IMG/VR virus record: IMGVR_UViG_2565956711_000002 | Coordinates: 1 to 7,551 of that record | From: a virus | Taxonomy: Monodnaviria; Loebvirae; Hofneiviricota; Faserviricetes; Tubulavirales; Inoviridae | Strand: one strand, 5' to 3' | DNA length: 7,551 bases | Part shown: positions 1 to 6,104 of the stretch, piece after piece | Numbering within the stretch: the stretch's first letter is position 1 | Layout of the letters: each line of letters starts with the position of its first letter | Translations under genes and position numbers: made by a program | The notes under the pieces: generated by a model | Seen by the model: only the letters and a program-made list of their open reading frames with translations | Database searches by the model: none | Told to the model about the DNA's origin: nothing

Positions 1-1035
1 TCATCGTATCGCCCCTGAATAAACCGTCACCGTTTCGCCGTCGATTTCACCCGTCATCATCATGCCGTCAAAGCTGAACTGCGAAGCCGGCTCTATACGC
101 AATCTGCCTGACGTGTCTGCAACAACAACCCATGCCTGACCATCGCGTTTAAGCCGTCCGGCAAGTCGCCATTTGTCCGACACAACGGGCTTAGCTGGCG
201 CGGCAGGTACAAAAGACGCTGAATTATTTGCGGCGGGTAAATCTTTAGTCTGCTGTTCAGGCTCTGAATTACCGTTTGACGTGAAAAACCAGAACAGATA
301 AAAAATGGCAATTACCGCCAGAATCAGTAACCCGACAGCTTTAAACCACAACATTTTAGAACTGAAAATATTCTGACGTTTATCGGTGACAAGTTCCCTT
401 CCCTGCCCGTTCTCATGGGATTTATATAGGGGGAATATCGCCTTGTCATATTTATTCTGATAACTGTTCGTCAGATTCGACTTAAACAGTTTGATACCCG
501 TAAATACGTCCACACGGTAGCGGTTATGCAGACCCAGCGCCACATGCTTACTCATGCGATACGTTGTTTCCACCCGGTCTTTAATGAATCGCGGAAGGTT
601 GGCAACAGACTGATTCATAACCACTAAATCACAGGTTACGCCCGTTTTTTCATCGGCAAAATGGCGATGTTCTGCAATGAAAGAGCGATGATTTGCAGGA
701 ATCCCTTTATCGTTCTCCCATATGCGCCATGCTTCATCAATACAGATTAAATCCCCCGGACGGCAGAACGTATCATCCGCAATGCCTGAATCCGTTTTGT
801 AGGGAAAGAAATTATCGTTCTGAACGTCTTCATTCTGAACAAGTAAAATTTCACCAAGTGATTCCCTGTCTGCCTTTTTAATATCAACGCAGTAATCATA
901 AATACTTTGCGTGGCAAGGCCGTAAATATTACTGACAATGCGACGCCCAGCGATACAGGCGGGAATAATGACGCTTGCCACCACTTCGTAAGATTTACCG
1001 CTTCCGGGAATGCCCACATACGCAGAAATAGCCAT
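1..1035 (-). CDS. Zot / pI-family filamentous phage assembly ATPase (gene I homolog)
   Basis: 344 aa. N-terminal Walker A GIPGSGKS and Walker B-like LICIDEAW, a single central hydrophobic span (MLWFKAVGLLILAVIAIFYLFWFF), then a C-terminal domain. ATG at 1033-1035 lies 3 nt after the pVI stop; stop TGA is at 1-3 on the minus strand. Confidence 0.88.
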   Translation of the reverse strand: MAISAYVGIPGSGKSYEVVASVIIPACIAGRRIVSNIYGLATQSIYDYCVDIKKADRESLGEILLVQNEDVQNDNFFPYKTDSGIADDTFCRPGDLICIDEAWRIWENDKGIPANHRSFIAEHRHFADEKTGVTCDLVVMNQSVANLPRFIKDRVETTYRMSKHVALGLHNRYRVDVFTGIKLFKSNLTNSYQNKYDKAIFPLYKSHENGQGRELVTDKRQNIFSSKMLWFKAVGLLILAVIAIFYLFWFFTSNGNSEPEQQTKDLPAANNSASFVPAAPAKPVVSDKWRLAGRLKRDGQAWVVVADTSGRLRIEPASQFSFDGMMMTGEIDGETVTVYSGAIR

Positions 1036-1038
1036 AAA

Positions 1039-1326
1039 TTAACCAATCAAAGGAATGCGACGAATAATAAAGCGCGTTAACAATGCTGAAAACATCAGTT
1101 TAATCCCTTCCGTGACCATAAACAGATTCACGAAATACCATACGCTATCAGGTAGTGAGGAAAACAACCCGGCAATATCAACAGATTTTGGCAACAGTGA
1201 CGCCAGAACCGGAACAAACGCCTGTACGACAAAGTACAGGCCAAAAAACAGAATAAATTTGACAACCACCGTTCGCAGCACAAAACCCAGCGCCACGTTA
1301 AAGGCTGAAACCAGAATACCAAACAT
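1039..1326 (-). CDS. Minor coat protein pVI-like
   Basis: 95 aa, very hydrophobic, with an LPDSV motif resembling the LPSDF region of Ff pVI. Positioned between pIII and pI as in Ff phages. GGAGG Shine-Dalgarno about 7 nt upstream of the ATG, lying just downstream of the pIII stop codon (TGA at 1337-1339). Confidence 0.7.
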   Translation of the reverse strand: MFGILVSAFNVALGFVLRTVVVKFILFFGLYFVVQAFVPVLASLLPKSVDIAGLFSSLPDSVWYFVNLFMVTEGIKLMFSALLTRFIIRRIPLIG

Positions 1327-1336
1327 AACGCCTCCG

Positions 1337-3220
1337 TCACGCAGTCAGAATGATACGCAGCGAAATAATGCCCCAGATAAGCAGGAATACCGCTTTCAGA
1401 AGTGGCCTGATTTTTTCCAGAAGCTCGCAGTGAGAATCAATGGAATATTTATTGTCCCAGAGTTCGAACGACCATACCGGACACTGAACATCCTTCGATG
1501 AAATACTCAGGTTTTTAATGTCCGGCATTAATTCTGTAATTGGCTTGAGAATTTCCTCACCTGTAGGCGGTTTTTCAAGTTCCGGCGATTTAATGCCGGG
1601 GTCTTCGCCTAAATCAACAGAAGTATCGGTATCTGTGCCTGTACCAGGGTGTACACCTGTATCCGTTCCCGCACCGGGTCTGGCATTAACCCACGACTGA
1701 GGAACGACAACCGGACTATAAAGCAAGCCCTTATCAAGTTTTACGCCAACAGCATTAGCCGCAGCCGTCAGTTCAGCCGCCGTAAAAGGTTTATCAAGCG
1801 GTATCCCCTGATATCCTTCCTGAACAACAGTCTGACCTGCAAGGCCATTAATAAGATTAACCAGCGCAGCCGGGTTTAACTGTTCCTCCGGCTTGAAATC
1901 TATATTATCAATAACCTCGCCATTAATTACCTGAGGTAAATTTGATGTATCAAATTCTGTATTAAAAAATATCTGGTCTTTAACATCCTGAACATCATTC
2001 GTCGTTTTATACACGGCCTTCTCAGGGTGGCAAATACTTTTCCACTGCGTTTTGGGATTATCAGCCGTACTGCCCGGCGCAGGTACTTTCTCGCTTTTAC
2101 ATAAATCCCATGAGTTTTCAAGCGTAACCGTTGTTGTTCCAACAGATAAAACCACAGTTACAATCGATGAATATCCACCAAAATAAGGATTCGGCTTTTC
2201 ATACTGAAAGTCTTTAACGGAAACCGAATAAACCTTAAAATTTCTTGGCATCCTGATATGTAAGTTATTGTCGTCAGACGCCTCATGATAAGTCACATTG
2301 GAATGAGAATAACCATTAATCGACTTATAAAGCGCAATCATTACCGGATTATCACTGACAAGTACAGCATCGCCCTTTGCATCCCTGATATCAGTCGAAT
2401 AAGGATATTTAGTACCCTTAACTGACACACGATATACATCATTCGGTAATGGCTGGCTTATCGGCGGTGGTGCATCAATATTGTAATAGGTTGGCGCAAT
2501 CTGAACAGGTTTAACCTGATGATTATAAGGGCTTATCGAGTCCTGAATATTCTTCGCAGAAAAGCCAGTAGCATCAGAGGGCAAATAAACAGCAACAGGG
2601 CTTTTAGGTGAAGGTGCAACAGAAGAAGTAACAGTAGCGCCATTGGACAAATTAAGTAAATAAGTTCCATCATCCTGTTTTATTCCACTTGTAATATATT
2701 CAACAGCTTTTGCGCCCTGCTTTAAAGCAAGGTCAGCAACGGAAATAACACCCGCAGCCTGCCCCAGCAATCCCCATGTTGTCTGTCCGGCAGCCATCAT
2801 ATTACTGCCAAAACTTGAAATACCCGTGGATATCGAATCGTCAATTGTATGCTTCGCAAGGCCATAAGCAGCCGCGAAAACTGACGTTCCGGTGCAAAGC
2901 TGAGGATTACCCACTTTCTCGCCACACATGCGGATTGAATCAAAAACGTCAGGACGTTCGCGTATAACCTCCGCAGCGACAGCGATACCCGCGCCCATAC
3001 CGAGAGAACTGGCACCCGTTGCGAATACACGCCCCGCAGATTGAGAAACAACCTGAGCTTCACGGGTTTCAACCATTTGCTGAATTACACGTCCAAATCC
3101 GTCTGCTGTTACTGCATCAGCATGTACACCGGATGAAACCAGTAAAGACAATATAGTAATACCTAACTTTCCAGACCCTGAATGACCGCCCAGGCGCATA
3201 AAAGCCCCCATAAAAAACAC
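1337..3220 (-). CDS. pIII-like adsorption / minor coat protein (large, 627 aa by longest ORF)
   Basis: N-terminal signal-peptide-like segment (hydrophobic core ITILSLLVSSGVHA). A Gly/Thr/Asp-rich linker (PGAGTDTGVHPGTGTDTDTS). C-terminal SID motif plus hydrophobic anchor (YSIDSHCELLEKIRPLLKAVFLLIWGIISL), comparable to the Ff pIII C-terminus (YEFSIDCDKINLFRGVFAFLLYV). Start is ambiguous: in-frame GTG at 3218-3220, ATG at 3209-3211, and ATG at 3197-3199 (the last preceded by a GGGGG run). Confidence 0.7.
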   Translation of the reverse strand: MFFMGAFMRLGGHSGSGKLGITILSLLVSSGVHADAVTADGFGRVIQQMVETREAQVVSQSAGRVFATGASSLGMGAGIAVAAEVIRERPDVFDSIRMCGEKVGNPQLCTGTSVFAAAYGLAKHTIDDSISTGISSFGSNMMAAGQTTWGLLGQAAGVISVADLALKQGAKAVEYITSGIKQDDGTYLLNLSNGATVTSSVAPSPKSPVAVYLPSDATGFSAKNIQDSISPYNHQVKPVQIAPTYYNIDAPPPISQPLPNDVYRVSVKGTKYPYSTDIRDAKGDAVLVSDNPVMIALYKSINGYSHSNVTYHEASDDNNLHIRMPRNFKVYSVSVKDFQYEKPNPYFGGYSSIVTVVLSVGTTTVTLENSWDLCKSEKVPAPGSTADNPKTQWKSICHPEKAVYKTTNDVQDVKDQIFFNTEFDTSNLPQVINGEVIDNIDFKPEEQLNPAALVNLINGLAGQTVVQEGYQGIPLDKPFTAAELTAAANAVGVKLDKGLLYSPVVVPQSWVNARPGAGTDTGVHPGTGTDTDTSVDLGEDPGIKSPELEKPPTGEEILKPITELMPDIKNLSISSKDVQCPVWSFELWDNKYSIDSHCELLEKIRPLLKAVFLLIWGIISLRIILTA

Positions 3221-3242
3221 ATAAAATCAAAAAGATATTGAG

Positions 3243-3273
3243 CCATAAATATAAAGGGGCTGTTACGCCCCTT
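3243..3273 (-). terminator. Intrinsic terminator downstream of the major coat gene
   Basis: Plus-strand arms aaggggc (3254-3260) and gcccctt (3267-3273) with a 6-nt loop. On the minus-strand transcript the hairpin is followed by the U-rich UAUAUUUAU. Lies immediately 3' of the pVIII stop (TAA at 3285-3287), matching the known terminator after gene VIII in Ff phages. Confidence 0.55.
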
Positions 3274-3284
3274 ACCTTTATGAA

Positions 3285-3533
3285 TTAAGCGCCACGAACC
3301 ATACGCAAAATCCAGCGGACACCCGCAGAACCTGCATACAGAACAATAAGAGAACCCGCTACCGCCATAATTCCGGTCAGAACGGAACCGAAATTAACGC
3401 TGTTAGTCAGTGGCGTAAGGTCAATACCTTTACCACCAACAACATCACCTTCAGCAGCAAATACGGCAGGTGCAGCAACTGCCAGAGTAAAAGCACCAAT
3501 ACGGGTTAAAGCCTGTTTAGTCTTAACAAACAT
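3285..3533 (-). CDS. Major coat protein pVIII
   Basis: 82 aa. Signal peptide ending AVFA followed by AEGD (Ff pVIII has FAAEGDD at its cleavage site). Mature part has an acidic N-terminus, a hydrophobic span (VLTGIMAVAGSLIVLYAGSAGV) and a basic C-terminus (RWILRMVRGA). AAGGAG Shine-Dalgarno 6 nt upstream of the ATG at 3531-3533. Confidence 0.88.
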   Translation of the reverse strand: MFVKTKQALTRIGAFTLAVAAPAVFAAEGDVVGGKGIDLTPLTNSVNFGSVLTGIMAVAGSLIVLYAGSAGVRWILRMVRGA

Positions 3534-3544
3534 AAAAACTCCTT

Positions 3545-3814
3545 TTATGCATTTCTTACGTGTTTAAGAATTTCACCTATTCCCTTTGCAAAGAGCCACA
3601 GGAAAAAGGTTGTCGTAAAAGCCAGCCCCCAGAATTGCGCCGCGACTGAATAATCAATATCGGGAACAGGCTTATCCTGAGAAACTACCGAAGACTGTAA
3701 TTTAGCCACTTCTGACTTCGGTAATTTCAAAGTCACTTCATCGCATCCGTCAGGGCTACCAAAACTCATATTCGGATTGCAGTATTTTGTCCTGATGATT
3801 ACCTCATCTGACAT
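3545..3814 (-). CDS. Small membrane protein in the g7/g9 position (function unknown; possible virion cap or assembly protein)
   Basis: 89 aa. Soluble N-terminal part with two Cys, then a C-terminal hydrophobic span (FWGLAFTTTFFLWLFAKGIG) and basic tail. Its stop TAA (3545-3547) abuts the pVIII Shine-Dalgarno; its start is 17 nt after the ssb stop. No family recognised from sequence. Confidence 0.45.
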   Translation of the reverse strand: MSDEVIIRTKYCNPNMSFGSPDGCDEVTLKLPKSEVAKLQSSVVSQDKPVPDIDYSVAAQFWGLAFTTTFFLWLFAKGIGEILKHVRNA

Positions 3815-3831
3815 AAAAGTATCGCCTTAGC

Positions 3832-4122
3832 TCATTCTAATAATTCAAGCAGCATATCAACGTTATACCCTTTAGACTGCTCACCTGTTTGCTTATCAGT
3901 GTATGGGAAACTCCGTTCATAACCAGTAATGCGGCAATGTACATCGGTAATTTCATCACCAATACGGCCTAGTGATTTCTTTGATTTAATACGAATGACA
4001 GGCGGAAAGCTATAAGCATCAGCCGCAGGAGAAACAATTGTTGTATAATAAAAACCGCCACTATTATTAAAACGTTTAATCTTTCCGGTAACAGTAGTTT
4101 CTAAATTAAGTAAATTACTCAT
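3832..4122 (-). CDS. ssDNA-binding protein, SSB/PriB-like OB-fold (functional analog of gV)
   Basis: 96 aa, immediately downstream of rep (16-nt gap) with an AAGGTG Shine-Dalgarno. Motif pattern recalls bacterial SSB: VTGKIKRF..NSGGFYYTTI against SSB LVGNLGQ..NGGAVANITLAT, and ITGYERSFPYTDKQTGEQ against SSB IEGQLRTRKWTDQSGQ. Assignment is by position plus this motif resemblance. Confidence 0.6.
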   Translation of the reverse strand: MSNLLNLETTVTGKIKRFNNSGGFYYTTIVSPAADAYSFPPVIRIKSKKSLGRIGDEITDVHCRITGYERSFPYTDKQTGEQSKGYNVDMLLELLE

Positions 4123-4138
4123 AATAACACCTTATATT

Positions 4139-5254
4139 CTATGCAACTCGTAAATGAGACGGTTTTACATACCACGATGGAATAACACAATCAGACACTT
4201 TAATCTCTCGCGTTTGCTTGACAACAACAGGAGAGAATTTCGAAACATTACATTTTTGCGCAATGTCAATACCAATCTTGCGGAGTCTTGCCCGATGAAT
4301 ACGCACTTGATTTTTACTTAAATCAAAAATATGACCATGAAACCATTGGATCGCGTACATAGCTGTAGTATTAGCTGCCCGTGTAGTTTCAACTATTCCA
4401 CGGGTAATAAGATGTTCACTAATAGTTTCAAAATCCATAGCATTCACCGATAACTTTTCATCAAGCGCCAGAAAATCAGAATGTAACTTATTTAACACAG
4501 AATAATCAGATAACCCCCAAAAACCTAGAGAGTGTTTTTGAATAAAACGAGACTTCAATTTTTGTTCAAATCTGACTATTCCATTTTCCTTACAATAATC
4601 AATCACACTAACAATATAATTAAACTCTTTTGACTGCTCAGAGAATTTATTTTTTATTTTTAATAAACTATGTAACTCAATCTCATGTGACTTATTATAT
4701 ACAGTCGGATAAATAAGATTAACATTCCCTTTTTTAGACAACCAGTCAACAGATTTACCGTTTGAATGCAACCGTGGTACACTATTCCTATAGGGTTGAG
4801 TCGAAAGCCCTGAAATATAATCATCCTCATTCCCTTTGCCAACAGATTTATTAGATGTTATGTGAAGCTCTTTAATTAACGCCCCATCACTGACCATATG
4901 AGCTTTTTCGGTTTCTTTAGACTGACCGGGCATTAAACGAGTGCATTTTGTAAAAAAAGGCAATTTAAGATCAAGAAGGATCTTATTGAAAACCATAACG
5001 CAAGCATCAACGGTAGGTAAGCCAAATAAATTATCAAGCCGCCCCCACCGCGAAGGGTTGCCCGTCATTTTTAGAACAGATCCACGGATAGAAATAGAAA
5101 CGACATCACAGAAAGATCCCCGGTGCTGAAAAGTTGGCTGAGAAAGCGCACTAACCTCACCACTTTCAAGATGAATACGCTGGTAAGCAACATCCGAGAG
5201 AATAGGAAGTTGAAAGCCGAAATCCTGTTCAATACTTAACCAGTCGAAGAACAT
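4139..5254 (-). CDS. Rolling-circle replication initiation protein, filamentous-phage gII (CRI) family
   Basis: 371 aa. Segment GIVRFEQKLKSRFIQKHSLGF resembles Ff pII GLVRFEARIKTRYLKSFGLP. First gene of the minus-strand operon, with a strong promoter-like element upstream. Gene is visibly AT-rich. Confidence 0.85.
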   Translation of the reverse strand: MFFDWLSIEQDFGFQLPILSDVAYQRIHLESGEVSALSQPTFQHRGSFCDVVSISIRGSVLKMTGNPSRWGRLDNLFGLPTVDACVMVFNKILLDLKLPFFTKCTRLMPGQSKETEKAHMVSDGALIKELHITSNKSVGKGNEDDYISGLSTQPYRNSVPRLHSNGKSVDWLSKKGNVNLIYPTVYNKSHEIELHSLLKIKNKFSEQSKEFNYIVSVIDYCKENGIVRFEQKLKSRFIQKHSLGFWGLSDYSVLNKLHSDFLALDEKLSVNAMDFETISEHLITRGIVETTRAANTTAMYAIQWFHGHIFDLSKNQVRIHRARLRKIGIDIAQKCNVSKFSPVVVKQTREIKVSDCVIPSWYVKPSHLRVA

Positions 5255-5295
5255 AGCGCCCTTTCTTAGATTCTCAGAAATTATTTCATGGTGCT

Positions 5296-5324
5296 TTTAT
5301 AAGACCTGAGAAACTAAGTGTCAA
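5296..5324 (-). promoter_or_regulatory. Putative sigma70 promoter for rep
   Basis: On the minus strand: -35 TTGACA (plus coordinates 5319-5324), 17-nt spacer, -10 TATAAA (plus coordinates 5296-5301). Predicted transcription start is roughly 35 nt upstream of the rep ATG at 5254. Confidence 0.45.
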
Positions 5325-5350
5325 CATTTCTAAGAATTTAGAGATATGAT
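5322..5350 (+). promoter_or_regulatory. Putative divergent promoter for the 62-aa ORF; its -35 overlaps the rep -35
   Basis: -35 TCAACA (5322-5327), 17-nt spacer, -10 TATGAT (5345-5350). GAGG Shine-Dalgarno at 5367-5370, ATG at 5378. The 10-mer ACATTTCTAA (5325-5334) overlaps the -35 and spacer. Confidence 0.35.
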
Positions 5351-5377
5351 GCAAGGCTAGCAGAATGAGGAAAGAGC

Positions 5378-5566
5378 ATGCCTACAAAGCACATAAACGA
5401 TGTTCAATGGCGAAAAATAGAGAAAGAAACCGTTAGAGCGGTATCAACCCTAGCTGTTCCAGTTAAAGATACCAAAATGCTCGAATGGATAATCGCCAAA
5501 GGGCTAGAGACGATCACAGAAGACGACTACCGCAAGTTCCTGAAGACAGAAAGCAAAAAAAAATAA
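5378..5566 (+). CDS. Hypothetical small protein (62 aa), candidate phage regulator
   Basis: Good Shine-Dalgarno (GAGG, 7-nt spacing) and ATG. Transcribed divergently from rep, the position taken by repressors in lysogenic filamentous phages. Charged protein with a lysine-rich C-terminus; no recognisable motif. Confidence 0.5.
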   Translation: MPTKHINDVQWRKIEKETVRAVSTLAVPVKDTKMLEWIIAKGLETITEDDYRKFLKTESKKK

Positions 5567-5581
5567 GCGAGCAGGAAGAAA

Positions 5582-5636
5582 ATACGGGAAACCGTACTAA
5601 AGTTCGGGTGTCACAGAACCCCGAACCGCTTCGCGG
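5582..5636. other. Cluster of three short GC-rich stem-loops between the two small ORFs
   Basis: TACGG-GAAA-CCGTA (5583-5596); GTTCGGG-11 nt-CCCGAAC (5602-5626); CCGC-TTC-GCGG (5626-5636). No U-run follows on either strand, so this is not a classic intrinsic terminator. Confidence 0.3.
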
Positions 5637-5758
5637 CGAAAAAACGAACAACAGCAGAGCTTGCGAAATCGGAATTAAGATAAGCTGGACGTCAAACGAT
5701 TAAACAAAAATACGCCATTATGCAAAGATCAAATGACACACTCTAAAAGGTATAGGTA

Positions 5759-6025
5759 ATGAACAAAGACCAGATAATACAGGTACTTAATGAAACAGAG
5801 AATGACAGCCCCGTAGCAAGAGCAGAATTAGCAAGATTCCTCGTAAAAACAATCTACAATTTTGTAAAAATGGAGAGGCCAGAAGGTGAAGGTCTGGACG
5901 GACGTGATGGCCCAGAAAGGCGCAGCATGGGAAAAATTGTAGATGCGGCAGAAAACCACTACTTTAACATGATAAAAGAAAGCCATGAAAAACAGGGAAT
6001 TGGAAGAAGAAACCCTGAGGAATGA
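5759..6025 (+). CDS. Hypothetical acidic protein (88 aa), accessory gene next to the att site
   Basis: ATG at 5759 with AAAGG about 8 nt upstream; stop TGA at 6023-6025, 6 nt before the dif-like site. Highly charged, soluble-looking composition; no family recognised. Confidence 0.45.
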   Translation: MNKDQIIQVLNETENDSPVARAELARFLVKTIYNFVKMERPEGEGLDGRDGPERRSMGKIVDAAENHYFNMIKESHEKQGIGRRNPEE

Positions 6026-6031
6026 CGCCCT

Positions 6032-6058
6032 AATGCGCATAATGACGTTATGCTAAAG
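6032..6058 (+). other. dif-like XerC/XerD recombination site (prophage att junction)
   Basis: AATGCGCATAA-TGACG-TTATGCTAAAG compared with E. coli dif GGTGCGCATAA-TGTATA-TTATGTTAAAT (recalled): each arm matches at 9 of 11 positions, with a divergent, apparently 5-nt, central region. Located next to hipA, where chromosomal dif lies in E. coli K-12 (recalled). Confidence 0.7.
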
Positions 6059-6059
6059 A

Positions 6060-6096
6060 GGCAGCTGCGGGGAGAAATTCTCGCAGCTGCCTTTTT
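6060..6096 (+). terminator. Intrinsic terminator (10-bp GC-rich stem plus T5)
   Basis: GGCAGCTGCG (6060-6069) pairs with CGCAGCTGCC (6082-6091) around a 12-nt loop, followed by TTTTT (6092-6096). Lies downstream of the 88-aa ORF but on the far side of the dif-like site. Confidence 0.6.
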
Positions 6097-6104
6097 GACA
6101 TATG

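Larger units (their letters stand above)
1..6058 (-). mobile_element. Integrated filamentous (Inovirus-like) prophage, left end truncated by window edge; right end at or slightly beyond the dif-like site
   Basis: Canonical Ff-like gene order on the minus strand (rep, ssb, small membrane protein, pVIII, pIII, pVI, pI/Zot) with tight coupling between genes; sits next to a dif-like site and hipA. Right boundary is uncertain because a terminator and phage-like repeats lie beyond the dif-like site. Confidence 0.8.

Noticed and set aside
1-120. GRL tripeptide in the Zot C-terminal domain (SGRLRI) reminiscent of the active FCIGRL motif of Vibrio cholerae Zot
   Set aside because: A three-residue match in a divergent domain is not evidence of enterotoxin activity.
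93-3072. Nine alternative-frame ORFs overlapping the Zot, pVI and pIII genes (93-311, 693-881, 747-1046, 1055-1501, 1128-1340, 1518-1700, 1649-1879, 1927-2142, 2776-2967, 2797-3072)
   Set aside because: All lie inside longer ORFs that have clear family features and operon context; they are frame shadows.
4660-5129. Two 60-62-aa ORFs inside rep (4660-4842 minus, 4941-5129 plus)
   Set aside because: Embedded in the rep coding region in other frames or strands, with no independent signals.
5485-5703. 72-aa plus-strand ORF overlapping the end of the 62-aa ORF and the hairpin cluster
   Set aside because: Extremely charged low-complexity translation (runs of R, D, E, K), no Shine-Dalgarno, and it covers a region better explained as structured non-coding DNA.
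5711-5727. Second, partial dif-like half-site (CGCCATTATGCAAAG) upstream of the 88-aa ORF
   Set aside because: Only an 8-nt core (CATTATGC) matches the XerC arm region; too short and degenerate to call a recombination site without binding data.
5828-6040. 70-aa minus-strand ORF antisense to the 88-aa ORF, with its ATG inside the dif-like site
   Set aside because: Phe/Cys-rich low-complexity translation typical of an antisense shadow; the plus-strand ORF has a more protein-like composition and a plausible ribosome-binding site.
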